From contig JBILJK010000001.1 of NCBI GenBank assembly GCA_044377285.1, forward strand, positions 5,231-69,230: a stretch of 64,000 bases of DNA, written 5' to 3'. The notes under the pieces are model-generated. The model ran no database searches, was not told the DNA's origin, and saw only the letters and a list, made by a program, of their open reading frames with translations. A program made the translations under genes and the position numbers. Source of the stretch: Candidatus Planktophila sp. GTDB taxonomy: Bacteria > Actinomycetota > Actinomycetes > Nanopelagicales > Nanopelagicaceae. This document shows positions 1-10,004 of this stretch, piece by piece (within the stretch, counting starts at the first letter, position 1; each line of letters begins with the position of its first letter).

Positions 1-966
1 ATTGGCGTCACATTAGTGATCGCGTACTTCTCATTGGTTTTTGGAGAGCTAGTTCCAAAGCGGGTAGCACTTTTTAGAGCTGAAGAAATCGCGATGAGAA
101 CAGCCGGAACCATCAACATTGTTGCAAATATCTTCCGCCCAATTATTTGGTTACTGTCAAAATCAACTGACTTTGTGGTGCGCGCATTTGGTGTTGATCC
201 AAAAGAACAACGCAGCCAGATGTCTGAAGAAGAACTACTTGATTTAGTCGTTGGCCATGCCGCATTGACCGCTGAAGAACGCGACATTGTTGAAGAAGTA
301 TTTAATGCTTCAGAACGTCAGGTACATGAAGTAATGGTGCCCCGCACCGAAGTAGATTTCATGGATGCTTCATTGACCGTTGGTAAAGCAATTGAATTAG
401 CAGTTGATAAGGCACATTCACGGTACCCAGTTGTACGTGGTTCATCTGATGAAGTCGTTGGCTTTATTCATGTGCGCGATTTGCTGGATACATCACTTGC
501 GAGCAAGAACACCAAGATCGTTGAACTAGTGCGAAACATTATGTACTTGCCAGGAACAAAAGGTATTTTGCCTGCCCTGACCGAAATGCGTATTCAAGGA
601 CAGCATGTAGCAATTGTTCTGGATGAATACGGGGGCACTGACGGAATCGTTACCCTTGAAGATTTAGTGGAGGTTCTGATCGGAGATATTCGTGACGAAT
701 ATGATGATCATGAAGCCGAGATTTCACACGAAGCACGTACAGGCGACTTCGAGGTAGATGGTCTTATCTCAATGGAGGAGTTGATTGAGCAGACGGGGTT
801 AGATATTCCAGAAGGTCCATATGAGACCGCAAGTGGTTTTGTAATGCACTTTTTGGGTCGGATCCCACGTGAGCATGATGTTGTTAACGTTAACGGCATC
901 CGAATCACCGTGTTATCTATGGAAGGCAAACGCGCAGGCCAGCTATTGATCTCGCGATCTGCTTAA
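1..966 (+). CDS. Hemolysin-family/CNNM (DUF21)-CBS-CorC transporter, 5'-truncated by the window edge
   Basis: Frame open from base 1; FGELVPK (DUF21), [30 protein letters not shown] (CBS pair), C-terminal CorC/HlyC domain. Confidence 0.93.
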   Translation: MGVTLVIAYFSLVFGELVPKRVALFRAEEIAMRTAGTINIVANIFRPIIWLLSKSTDFVVRAFGVDPKEQRSQMSEEELLDLVVGHAALTAEERDIVEEVFNASERQVHEVMVPRTEVDFMDASLTVGKAIELAVDKAHSRYPVVRGSSDEVVGFIHVRDLLDTSLASKNTKIVELVRNIMYLPGTKGILPALTEMRIQGQHVAIVLDEYGGTDGIVTLEDLVEVLIGDIRDEYDDHEAEISHEARTGDFEVDGLISMEELIEQTGLDIPEGPYETASGFVMHFLGRIPREHDVVNVNGIRITVLSMEGKRAGQLLISRSA

Positions 967-979
967 TTGTGAAAGAATT

Positions 980-1984
980 GTGTCCATGACACAGAAGCGA
1001 GTTCTATCCGGCATTCAGCCAACAAGTGACTCCTTCCACTTAGGCAATTATTTAGGTGCACTTAAGCAATGGGTCGAACTGCAAGAGGGCAATGATGCTT
1101 TTTACTGCATCGTTGATTTGCATGCCCTAACAGGTGAGATTGAACCAGCGTTGTTTAGAAAGCGCACCCTTGCATCTGCTGCACAATTAATTGCACTTGG
1201 GATCTCACCTGAAAAGTCAACATTGTTTGTGCAGTCCCATGTTGCAGAGCACAATCAATTGGGATGGGTTATGGAATGCCTTGCAGGTTTCGGTGAGGCA
1301 AGCCGCATGACTCAGTTCAAAGATAAGTCGGCGAAGGGCGGAGCAGATACAGCGCGCGTTGGACTATTTACATATCCAATGTTGCAAGCAGCAGACATTC
1401 TTTTGTATCAAGCACATTATGTTCCAGTCGGCGAAGATCAACGTCAGCACATTGAATTAACCCGTGATTTAGCTACGCGTTTTAATGCACGATTTGGCGA
1501 AACCTTTAGAGTGCCAGAGGGCCACATTTTAAAAGCTGGTGCCAAGATTTACGATCTACAAGAGCCAACAGCAAAGATGAGTAAGTCATCAGGTTCCACT
1601 GCGGGCGTTCTAGAACTAATGGATACACCGGAAGCCAATACAAAGAAGATTAAAAGCGCAGCCACTGATGCTGGCCGTGAAGTAAAATTTGATGAGAAAG
1701 AAAAGCCTGGCATTAGTAATTTGCTAACAATTCATTCCTCATTATCTGGCACTGCAATTTCAGATCTTGAAAATCAATTTGAGGGCAAGGGGTATGGTGA
1801 TTTCAAAGGTGCGGTCGCCGAAGTAGTAGTCGAATACCTCCGCCCAATTCGCGCGAAGGCTCTGGAGCTTTTAGAGGATGAAAAGCACCTCATTGATCTT
1901 CTGCATGAAGGTGCTGACAAAGCCCGCTCTGTGGCCTCAGAAACCCTGGATAACACCTATAAAAACCTAGGTTTAGTGAAGTAA
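980..1984 (+). CDS. trpS: Tryptophan--tRNA ligase
   Basis: [32 protein letters not shown]; start may be ATG at 986. Confidence 0.98.
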   Translation: MSMTQKRVLSGIQPTSDSFHLGNYLGALKQWVELQEGNDAFYCIVDLHALTGEIEPALFRKRTLASAAQLIALGISPEKSTLFVQSHVAEHNQLGWVMECLAGFGEASRMTQFKDKSAKGGADTARVGLFTYPMLQAADILLYQAHYVPVGEDQRQHIELTRDLATRFNARFGETFRVPEGHILKAGAKIYDLQEPTAKMSKSSGSTAGVLELMDTPEANTKKIKSAATDAGREVKFDEKEKPGISNLLTIHSSLSGTAISDLENQFEGKGYGDFKGAVAEVVVEYLRPIRAKALELLEDEKHLIDLLHEGADKARSVASETLDNTYKNLGLVK

Positions 1985-2032
1985 TTGCGCCATTATCTCA
2001 ACCCCTAGTTGAGAGTTTTCCAAAACGTTACA

Positions 2033-2060
2033 CCGCCGATGCCAAAACGGCGGCTTGTTT
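2033..2060 (+). terminator. Probable intrinsic terminator after trpS
   Basis: CCGCCG-9 nt-CGGCGG stem followed by CTTGTTT; second hairpin TCTCAAC/GTTGAGA at 1996-2014. Confidence 0.5.
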
Positions 2061-2085
2061 GTTGAGTTTAATCATGGGTGAGTAT

Positions 2086-2165
2086 TAGGCTCCCAATTAC
2101 ACAAAGCTTCGGTATTTGCCCTCAAAAGTAGGTATTGAAGATCCCCTTGAATCCTTGGAGGAAAA
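2086..2165 (+). promoter_or_regulatory. -10 element, structured 5' leader and SD of the nucleoside ABC operon
   Basis: TAGGCT at 2086-2091; 13-bp stem 2107-2119/2128-2140; GGAGG just before TTG at 2166. Confidence 0.5.
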
Positions 2166-3218
2166 TTGAAGAAAGTATTTCGTCTTGTAGCAGTTGTTGC
2201 TGCAACTGTTTTGGCAGCGACAGCATTTGTTGCTCCATCAACAGCAGCAACAAAGGTAAAAGTTGGCCTTGCTTATGACATCGGTGGACGTGGCGATAAG
2301 TCATTCAACGATTCAGCAGCAGCAGGTCTAGATGCAGCAAAGAAGAAGTTTGGTGTTACAGCTAAAGAAGTAACAGTCACAACTGGTTCAGACTCAGAGC
2401 GCGAAGACAAGCTTCGTTTGCTAGCGAAGGCTGGTTACAACCCAATCATCGCAGTTGGATTCCTCTATGCAGGACCAATCAAGGCAGTTGCATCTGATTA
2501 TCCAAAAGTTCAATTCGGAATCATTGATGATGCATCCGTAGAACTACTTAACGTTGCAAGTCTTATTTTTGCTGAAGAGCAGGGTTCATACCTAGCTGGC
2601 GTTGCAGCAGCACTTGCATCAAAGTCGGGCAAGGTTGGTTACATCGGTGGAGTTCGTATTCCACTACTACAGAAGTTTGAAGCTGGATTCGTTGCTGGCG
2701 TAAAGGCCACAAACAAGTCAGTATCTGTTGACGTCAAGTACGTTACAGAGCCACCTGATTTCGGTGGATTCAATGACCCAGCTAAGGCAAAGGTTATTGC
2801 TAAGGGAATGATCGATAAGGGCATCGATGTTATCTACTCAGCAGCAGGTGGATCAGGTGCGGGTAACTTCGCAGCTGCAACAGATGCTGCAAAGGCTGGC
2901 AAGAAGGTTTGGACTATTGGAGTTGACTCTGATCAGTACCTATCTGCTTCAGCTGCAGAGAAGAAGAACATGCTCACATCAATGATCAAGCGCGTTGACC
3001 GTGCTGTCTACGATGTTATTGCAACATCTGTTGCAGGTTCATCTGTGAACGATATTTTGAATGCCGGAAAGGGTATTTACGGTCGCGTTTACAACCTCTC
3101 ACTTGATGGTGTTGGCGTTTCTTACTCAGGTGGATACATCAACAAGTACAAGGCACAGATCGATAAGGCTGCTGCCGCAATCAAGTCAGGCAAGATCAAG
3201 GTTCCAACAAAGCCATAA
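2166..3218 (+). CDS. BMP/PnrA-family nucleoside ABC transporter substrate-binding protein
   Basis: GGRGDKSFNDSA, FAEEQGSYLAG, IGVDSDQ, SMIKRVD motifs; signal peptide; TTG start with SD. Confidence 0.95.
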   Translation: MKKVFRLVAVVAATVLAATAFVAPSTAATKVKVGLAYDIGGRGDKSFNDSAAAGLDAAKKKFGVTAKEVTVTTGSDSEREDKLRLLAKAGYNPIIAVGFLYAGPIKAVASDYPKVQFGIIDDASVELLNVASLIFAEEQGSYLAGVAAALASKSGKVGYIGGVRIPLLQKFEAGFVAGVKATNKSVSVDVKYVTEPPDFGGFNDPAKAKVIAKGMIDKGIDVIYSAAGGSGAGNFAAATDAAKAGKKVWTIGVDSDQYLSASAAEKKNMLTSMIKRVDRAVYDVIATSVAGSSVNDILNAGKGIYGRVYNLSLDGVGVSYSGGYINKYKAQIDKAAAAIKSGKIKVPTKP

Positions 3219-3262
3219 ACGCTTTGAGGAATTGATTTAGCCATAATCTCGTAAACGTAAGT

Positions 3263-3314
3263 GGCGTTTGGCCCAGCAATGGAGTTAAATCTCCTTGTTG
3301 GGCCAAATGCTTTT
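3263..3314 (+). terminator. Long intercistronic stem-loop (partial terminator/mRNA stabiliser) after the binding-protein gene
   Basis: GGCGTTTGGCCCAGCAA pairs with TTGTTGGGCCAAATGCT (17 bp incl. G-U), inner GGAG/CTCC, short T-run after. Confidence 0.8.
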
Positions 3315-3347
3315 CCCTAGTAAGAATTTAATCAAAGGAGAGTTTAA

Positions 3348-4853
3348 GTGTCAGTAGCAGTAGAACTGCGACACATCAGTAAGCGCTTTCCTGGCGTTAT
3401 TGCCAACAAGGATGTCTCTCTGAAAGTTGAAACTGGCACAGTGCATGCTCTTGTCGGCGAAAATGGTGCTGGCAAATCGACTGTTATGAAGATCCTTTAC
3501 GGAATGCAGCGCCCTGACTCGGGTGAAATTTTAGTAAATGGCCAACTTGTAAATTTTAAAACTCCCAACGATGCAATCGATGCAGGAATCGGAATGGTTC
3601 ACCAACACTTTATGTTGGCCGATAACTTCACGGTACTAGAAAATATTATCTTGGGTTCAGAACCACAACATGGCGCAACAATTGATTTTGCAAGCGCACG
3701 AAAGAAGATTGTTGATATGGCTCAGCAATACGGCCTAGATATTGATCCAGATGTACTTGTCGAAGAGTTAGGTGTTGGTCAGCGCCAAAGAGTTGAGATC
3801 TTAAAAGTTTTATTCCGTGGAGCTCGAATTTTAATCTTTGATGAACCAACCGCAGTATTGGTCCCGCAAGAGGTAGATGATCTATTTCAGGCACTAGAAG
3901 GACTACGCGCACAAGGAATGGCTCTGATTTTTATCTCACATAAGCTTGATGAAGTTTTGCGAGTTGCAGATGATGTAACCGTTGTGCGTCAAGGCTCTAC
4001 TGTTGCCGAAGTAAAATCAAAAGATGTCACTGCCCGTCAATTAGCTGAATTAATGGTTGGAAGCGAGCTTCCAAAGCCATCCACATTAGGACACACGCGC
4101 CGTGAAGAAATCACCTTGTCGCTTAAGGATGTATGCATCCCTACAAAAACAGGTAGCCGTGATTTATTGGCGAATATCTCATTTGATCTGCATGCCGGTG
4201 AAGTTATTGGAATTGCTGGTGTAGAAGGAAATGGTCAGGCTGAATTAGTAGAAGCAATTATGGGTCTGCGTGATTACACTGGAGCAATTCAATTTAATGG
4301 CTCGGCTATAGATGATTTAAGCGTTGCAGATCGCCATGATTTAGGTATTGGTTTGATTCCTGAAGATCGACAGCGACAAGCACTCATGATGGGCTCACCA
4401 TTGTGGGAGAACAGAATTCTTGGTCACCAACGAAGCAAACCGGTTATGCGTGGTTTTGTTATTGATAAAAAAGCAACCATGGAAAGTACCCGCACAATCA
4501 TGCAAGAGTTTGATGTGCGTGCACCTGGTCCAGACACATTGGCAGCTGCGCTGTCAGGTGGAAATCAGCAGAAGTTTATTGTCGGCCGTGAGATGAGCAA
4601 AGCGCCAGCACTGTTAGTGGCATCGCATCCAACGCGTGGTGTTGATGTTGGTGCACAGGGTGCTATTTGGGATGTTCTGCGCAAGGCTCGCGAAAAAGGA
4701 ATGGCGATTGTTTTAATCTCAGCCGACCTTGAAGAATTGATTGGAATGTCTGATCGATTGCTTGTCATGTTGCGCGGTGCGATTACAGCTGAGTTAGATC
4801 CAGCAAAAACTACTCCAGAGCAACTAGGTTCTGCGATGACAGGTGCAGCATGA
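3348..4853 (+). CDS. Nucleoside ABC transporter ATP-binding protein (double NBD, NupA/YufO type)
   Basis: GENGAGKST, GMVHQHFML, FDEPTAVL, LSGGNQQK, PTRGVDVG. Confidence 0.96.
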   Translation: MSVAVELRHISKRFPGVIANKDVSLKVETGTVHALVGENGAGKSTVMKILYGMQRPDSGEILVNGQLVNFKTPNDAIDAGIGMVHQHFMLADNFTVLENIILGSEPQHGATIDFASARKKIVDMAQQYGLDIDPDVLVEELGVGQRQRVEILKVLFRGARILIFDEPTAVLVPQEVDDLFQALEGLRAQGMALIFISHKLDEVLRVADDVTVVRQGSTVAEVKSKDVTARQLAELMVGSELPKPSTLGHTRREEITLSLKDVCIPTKTGSRDLLANISFDLHAGEVIGIAGVEGNGQAELVEAIMGLRDYTGAIQFNGSAIDDLSVADRHDLGIGLIPEDRQRQALMMGSPLWENRILGHQRSKPVMRGFVIDKKATMESTRTIMQEFDVRAPGPDTLAAALSGGNQQKFIVGREMSKAPALLVASHPTRGVDVGAQGAIWDVLRKAREKGMAIVLISADLEELIGMSDRLLVMLRGAITAELDPAKTTPEQLGSAMTGAA

Positions 4854-5968
4854 GTAATTTGCTCACTAGAAAGTTATCTCCCAGCAAAGTTGGCTTAGCG
4901 ATCGCGGCACCGCTGGCTGCAGCGATTTTCTCAATCATAATTTCAAGCATTGCAGTGATTGCCAGCAAGAAGTCACCACTTGAAGCCTTTAAAACTATGT
5001 GGGATTACGGTACTGAAGCAGGATCCTTGATGGAGATCGTAAATACGGCGACCCCTTATTACATCGCCGCAATTGCTATTGCAGTTACATTTAGGGCGGG
5101 TCTCTTTAACATCGGTGTTGAAGGTCAATTGCGCTTAGGCGCACTATTTAGTTGCTACATCGGAGCTATGTTTGTTCTTCCACCGGTTTTACATGTTGCC
5201 GCAGTCTTTATTGTGGCGATGACATTTGGTGGATTGTGGGCCGCTATTGCTGCTTATTTAAAGGTAAAACGGGGCGTGAATGAGGTTATCTCGACAATCA
5301 TGCTTAATAGCTTGGCAGGCGGTTTGTCTGCTTACCTACTGTCGAAGCACTTTGCACTGATAGAAGAAAACTCAAACAACCTTCAAACCAAGGAGCTACC
5401 GGCGTCAGCACAGGTTCCCGATCTAATGCCAATCCTGCGTAAACTTGGCGTAGAAGATCAACCAGGTGGTGGAATCTACGGAATGTTTTTCGTAGCAGTT
5501 GCGCTGGGATTTATTTTCTGGTTTGTTGTTAATCGCACTCGCTTTGGATTCGAGCTTCGAGCCTCTGGATTAAATCCAATTGCTGCTCGAGTCAGTGGAG
5601 TTAATTCCAAAAAGATGACCTTTATGGCGCTAGTTATTTCTGGCGCTATTGCAGGACTTTCAGGTTTACCTGAAGTCCTTGGGCAAACTCACTCTTACAA
5701 CCTTGGATTCCGTGCAGGTATTGGTTTCTCAGCTATTGCTGTTGCATTATTGGGTCGCAACTCTGCTGGCGGAATGGCCGTTAGTGCACTTCTCTTTGGA
5801 TTCTTAGAAGTTAGTTCACGTTCTTTAGAACTCATTGATATTGCACCTGAAACCTACGTGATCATGCAAGGCTCAATTCTCTTGAGCTCAGTCGTGGCAT
5901 ACGAAGTTATTAGACGCTTCAGATTAACGCTGCAAAGCAATGAGTTAGCAAAGGTGGTGCAAGCATGA
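4850..5968 (+). CDS. Nucleoside ABC transporter permease 1
   Basis: GLFNIGVEGQ, NEVISTIMLN, GFELRASG; ATGA overlap with ATPase. Confidence 0.95.
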   Translation: MSNLLTRKLSPSKVGLAIAAPLAAAIFSIIISSIAVIASKKSPLEAFKTMWDYGTEAGSLMEIVNTATPYYIAAIAIAVTFRAGLFNIGVEGQLRLGALFSCYIGAMFVLPPVLHVAAVFIVAMTFGGLWAAIAAYLKVKRGVNEVISTIMLNSLAGGLSAYLLSKHFALIEENSNNLQTKELPASAQVPDLMPILRKLGVEDQPGGGIYGMFFVAVALGFIFWFVVNRTRFGFELRASGLNPIAARVSGVNSKKMTFMALVISGAIAGLSGLPEVLGQTHSYNLGFRAGIGFSAIAVALLGRNSAGGMAVSALLFGFLEVSSRSLELIDIAPETYVIMQGSILLSSVVAYEVIRRFRLTLQSNELAKVVQA

Positions 5969-7194
5969 AGGCTATGAAGATGCTGCGTTACGCAACCATG
6001 CTGGTTTTTGTCTTGGCATCTATTCGCATCATCACTGGCGCTTCGGATCTAACTAGCACTGGAACCGCTTCTGCGGCGCTATTACTTTCTGTGCCAATTG
6101 TTCTTGCTGCGTTGGGTGGTTTGTTTTCAGAACGTGCTGGTGTTGTGAACATTGGCTTAGAAGGCATGATGATTATGGGTGCATGGGCCGGTGGCTTCAT
6201 TGGTTCACAGCACGGGCCATGGGCAGGCTTATTAGCTGCAGTCATTTTTGGATCTCTAGGTGCTTTGGTTCACGCCGTTGCAACTGTGACATTTGGTGTT
6301 GACCATGTTGTTTCAGGAGTTGCAATCAATATTATTGCGGCAGGACTGGTTCGATATCTTTCCACCCTTTTGTACCAAGGTGGATCATGGCCTGGACCAT
6401 CACAATCACCAGGAATCGAAACCATTTCGGTTAACGGTTTACCAATTTTATCTGGTGGCCATTACTTTGGATGGAAGAGCCCGGATCTATTGGGCTCTAT
6501 CGCGAACCTGAATTGGTTCTTCATCTCTGATTTTGCTTCAATTCTTCGCGGCCTAACTGGCGATGTTTCATATGTAACAGTTGTTGCAATCTCATTTGTA
6601 CCCTTGGCATACTTCATCTTGTGGCGTACTGCATTTGGATTGCGTCTACGCAGTGCTGGCGAAGCTCCCACTGCTGCTGAATCACTTGGTGTTAACGTCT
6701 ATGCGATGAAGTATGCAGGTGTACTTATTTCAGGTGGCCTAGCGGGATTAGGTGGAGGATTCTTAGCTATCGTTGCGGCGAGTAATTACCAAGAAAATCA
6801 GGTTGCGGGTCGCGGATATATCGGCCTTGCAGCACTTCTATTTGGCAATTATCGTCCAGGCGGATTATTGGCAGGTGCTGGCCTATTTGGTTTTGCTGAT
6901 GCACTTCAACTTCGTGATTCAGCTGCGATCCATGCGCTACTTCTCTTTATAGTTGTAATTTTGCTATTTGTTGCATTTAGAAAGTTCAAGGGTGGCAAGC
7001 AATTGAGTGCGATGCTTAGCCTTGGCTCAGCTGCCTTTACCTTATGGTTCTTCTTTGCAGTTGATGAACTTCCAGGTCAGCTTGTAACAATGACTCCGTA
7101 TATCGCAACAATTTTAGTTATGGCTCTTGCTTCGCAAAGATTGCGAATGCCGGCGGCAGATGGAATTCCATATCGTCGTGGCGGTTTGCGATGA
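5965..7194 (+). CDS. Nucleoside ABC transporter permease 2
   Basis: SERAGVVNIGLEG, GLRLRSAGE, GRGYIGLAA; ATGA overlap. Confidence 0.95.
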   Translation: MKAMKMLRYATMLVFVLASIRIITGASDLTSTGTASAALLLSVPIVLAALGGLFSERAGVVNIGLEGMMIMGAWAGGFIGSQHGPWAGLLAAVIFGSLGALVHAVATVTFGVDHVVSGVAINIIAAGLVRYLSTLLYQGGSWPGPSQSPGIETISVNGLPILSGGHYFGWKSPDLLGSIANLNWFFISDFASILRGLTGDVSYVTVVAISFVPLAYFILWRTAFGLRLRSAGEAPTAAESLGVNVYAMKYAGVLISGGLAGLGGGFLAIVAASNYQENQVAGRGYIGLAALLFGNYRPGGLLAGAGLFGFADALQLRDSAAIHALLLFIVVILLFVAFRKFKGGKQLSAMLSLGSAAFTLWFFFAVDELPGQLVTMTPYIATILVMALASQRLRMPAADGIPYRRGGLR

Positions 7195-7592
7195 CCCAGA
7201 TTAATTGGGATCACATTCATCAAGAAGCTATTGGTGCAATGAAAAACGCCTATGCGCCATATTCAAAGTTTCCAGTTGGTGTTGCAGCATTGGTAAGTGA
7301 TGGTCGCATTGCAACTGGTTGTAATGTAGAAAATGCTAGTTACGGAGTTGGACTCTGTGCTGAGTGCGGACTAGTTTCTAATCTGATTTCTACCGGCGGT
7401 GGACGATTAATCGCCATTGTTTGTGTTGATGGACAAGGAAACTATTTGGCACCGTGTGGACGTTGCCGACAACTGTTATTTGAACATGGTGGCCCAGAAG
7501 CCCTGCTAATGACAGATGATGGACCTCAAAAAATGTCTGCAATGTTGCCGTGGGCATTTGGCCCAGATGATCTTGACCGCAACGAGCGCTAA
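7191..7592 (+). CDS. cdd: Cytidine deaminase (tetrameric type)
   Basis: AYAPYS, NVENASY, CAE and PCGRC zinc ligands. Confidence 0.97.
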   Translation: MTQINWDHIHQEAIGAMKNAYAPYSKFPVGVAALVSDGRIATGCNVENASYGVGLCAECGLVSNLISTGGGRLIAIVCVDGQGNYLAPCGRCRQLLFEHGGPEALLMTDDGPQKMSAMLPWAFGPDDLDRNER

Positions 7593-8888
7593 GTGATTGA
7601 AGCCTTTTCAGCCGCTGAAATCATTGCGGCAAAGCGAGACCACCATTCTTTAACTGATCCACAAATCGATTGGGTCATCGACGCTTATACCCGCGGAGCC
7701 GTTGCCGATGAGCAGATGTCAGCGTTGTTAATGGCGATATTGCTTAACGGTATGGAGAATCGTGAAATATCACGATGGACAGATGCAATGATCAATAGCG
7801 GCGAACGCATGAACTGGTCAGCGCTATCTCGTCCAACAGTTGATAAGCATTCAACTGGTGGTGTTGGTGACAAAATCACTTTACCTTTAGCTCCACTAGT
7901 TGCAGCATGTGGTGCGGCTATTCCACAACTTTCTGGTCGCGGATTAGGCCATACAGGTGGAACGTTGGATAAATTGGAATCTATTCCAGGATGGCGAGCA
8001 TCTTTATCCAATGCTGAAATGCTCAAAGTATTACAAGATTGCGGCGCAGTTATTTGTGCAGCAGGTGCGGGCCTAGCTCCAGCGGATAAAAAACTATATG
8101 CATTGCGAGATGTCACTGCAACGGTTGAGGCTATTCCACTCATTGCATCTTCAATTATGAGCAAAAAGATCGCTGAAGGAACTAGCGCGCTTGTATTGGA
8201 TGTTAAAACTGGCGCCGGAGCGTTTATGAGTGATCCTGAAAAAGCGAAAGAACTTGCTCATGTAATGGTTGGTCTGGGAAAACGTGCGGGTGTAAATACA
8301 GTTGCATTAGTTACAGCGATGGATGTTCCACTGGGATTGACCGCAGGTAATGCGCTCGAAGTCCGTGAATCTGTAGAAGTTCTTGCAGGCGGAGGGCCAT
8401 CAGATGTCGTCGAACTTACTGTTTTGTTGGCACAAGAAATGTTGGAACTAGTTGGAATTAAAGATGCCGATCCTGTCGCTGCATTAAAAAATGGAAAAGC
8501 AATGGATGTGTGGCGTCAGATGATTTCTGCCCAAGGCGGAGATCCTGATGCAAAGCTTCCGGTAGCAAAGGAAAACACAGTTGTCACTGCAGATCGTGAC
8601 GGAACTATTCTTTCTATGGATGCAATGAAGGTTGGAATTGCTGCCTGGCGTTTGGGAGCAGGTCGATCTCGTCAGGGCGAGAGTGTTCAGGCGGGTGCTG
8701 GAATTGAAATCCACGCTAAGCCAGGGGATTTAATACGCGCGGGATCTCCGCTGTATACGCTCCACACAGACACTCCAGCCGCCTTTACTCGGGCTTTGGA
8801 GTCACTGGAGAACTCTGTGAGTATTGGAGCCGTACCTTCCGCAGGCATTGATCGTCTGCCGTTAGTTATTGAACGAATCGTTGATTAA
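7593..8888 (+). CDS. deoA: Thymidine/pyrimidine-nucleoside phosphorylase
   Basis: DKHSTGGVGDK, SGRGLGHTGGTLDKLE, LIASSIMSKK. Confidence 0.97.
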   Translation: MIEAFSAAEIIAAKRDHHSLTDPQIDWVIDAYTRGAVADEQMSALLMAILLNGMENREISRWTDAMINSGERMNWSALSRPTVDKHSTGGVGDKITLPLAPLVAACGAAIPQLSGRGLGHTGGTLDKLESIPGWRASLSNAEMLKVLQDCGAVICAAGAGLAPADKKLYALRDVTATVEAIPLIASSIMSKKIAEGTSALVLDVKTGAGAFMSDPEKAKELAHVMVGLGKRAGVNTVALVTAMDVPLGLTAGNALEVRESVEVLAGGGPSDVVELTVLLAQEMLELVGIKDADPVAALKNGKAMDVWRQMISAQGGDPDAKLPVAKENTVVTADRDGTILSMDAMKVGIAAWRLGAGRSRQGESVQAGAGIEIHAKPGDLIRAGSPLYTLHTDTPAAFTRALESLENSVSIGAVPSAGIDRLPLVIERIVD

Positions 8889-8906
8889 GGGACATAGGGG
8901 CAAAAA

Positions 8907-10004
8907 ATGTCAATGAACAGTATTCCTACTAAGGATCAGATCGCATTAGTTCCTAAGGTGTTGCTGCATGATCATCTTGATGGCGGACTGCGACCACAAA
9001 CAATTATTGATATCGCCAAAGAAATCGGTTACACCGCACTTCCTACCGATGATGCAGCCGAACTAGCAACGTGGTTTCGCGAAGCCTGTGATTCTGGTTC
9101 ATTGGTTCGCTACCTTGAAACCTTTGATCACACAATTGCAGTGATGCAACGCCGCGAAGATATTATCCGTGTTGCTCGCGAATGCGCGCTAGATCTTGCC
9201 CGCGACGGTGTTGTGTACGCCGAAGTTCGTGGCGCACCAGAGTTATTTACAGGTCAAGGCTTGTCTATGGCAGATGTTGTAGAAGCAACAATTGAAGGAT
9301 ATGAAATTGGAATGAAAGAGGCAGCTGCCGAAGGTCATCCAATCGTTGTTCGCTCACTGTTGTGCGGAATGCGTCAGAATAAAAACTCGCAAGAAGTTGC
9401 CGAACTTGTTGTTAAGTACCGAGACAAAGGAGTTGTTGGATTTGATATCGCTGGTCCTGAAGATGGTTTCCCGCCATCTGATCAAAAAGATACTTTTGAT
9501 TATCTTCGTAAAGAAGATGCCCATTTTACTATCCATGCTGGTGAAGCGTATGGAATCCCGTCCATCTGGGAAGCCATCCAACTCTGCGGAGCCGAAAGAC
9601 TAGGTCACGGCGTTCGAATCATCGATGACATCGATTTTTCTGGTGCTGAACCACAGCTGGGTCGACTTGCATCCTATGTTCGAGATCGACGCATCCCACT
9701 AGAACTCTGTCCCACTTCAAATCTTCAAACAGGGGCAGCAGCAAGTTACGCCGAACATCCAATTGGCGCGTTAGCCAAACTTCGTTTTCGTGTAACTCTT
9801 AATACGGACAACCGTTTAATGAGCCAAACTTCAATGTCATTTGAGATGGAAGAAGCGGTAAAAGCCTTTAACTGGGATTTTGCAGAGCTACAAAGACTCA
9901 CTATTAACGCTATGAAAAGCGCATTTATTCCATATCCAGAGCGCTTAAAAATTATCGAGCAGGTCATCAAACCTGGATATGCAAAGGTTTCATCTGGTTC
10001 ATGA
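8907..10004 (+). CDS. add: Adenosine deaminase
   Basis: PKVLLHDHLDG, HAGE, RLGHG, ELCPTSN, NTDN. Confidence 0.95.
   Translation: MSMNSIPTKDQIALVPKVLLHDHLDGGLRPQTIIDIAKEIGYTALPTDDAAELATWFREACDSGSLVRYLETFDHTIAVMQRREDIIRVARECALDLARDGVVYAEVRGAPELFTGQGLSMADVVEATIEGYEIGMKEAAAEGHPIVVRSLLCGMRQNKNSQEVAELVVKYRDKGVVGFDIAGPEDGFPPSDQKDTFDYLRKEDAHFTIHAGEAYGIPSIWEAIQLCGAERLGHGVRIIDDIDFSGAEPQLGRLASYVRDRRIPLELCPTSNLQTGAAASYAEHPIGALAKLRFRVTLNTDNRLMSQTSMSFEMEEAVKAFNWDFAELQRLTINAMKSAFIPYPERLKIIEQVIKPGYAKVSSGS

Noticed and set aside
2021-2032. LacI-like operator CAAAACGTTACA upstream of the BMP promoter
   Set aside because: Poor symmetry, single copy, no LacI regulator in the window
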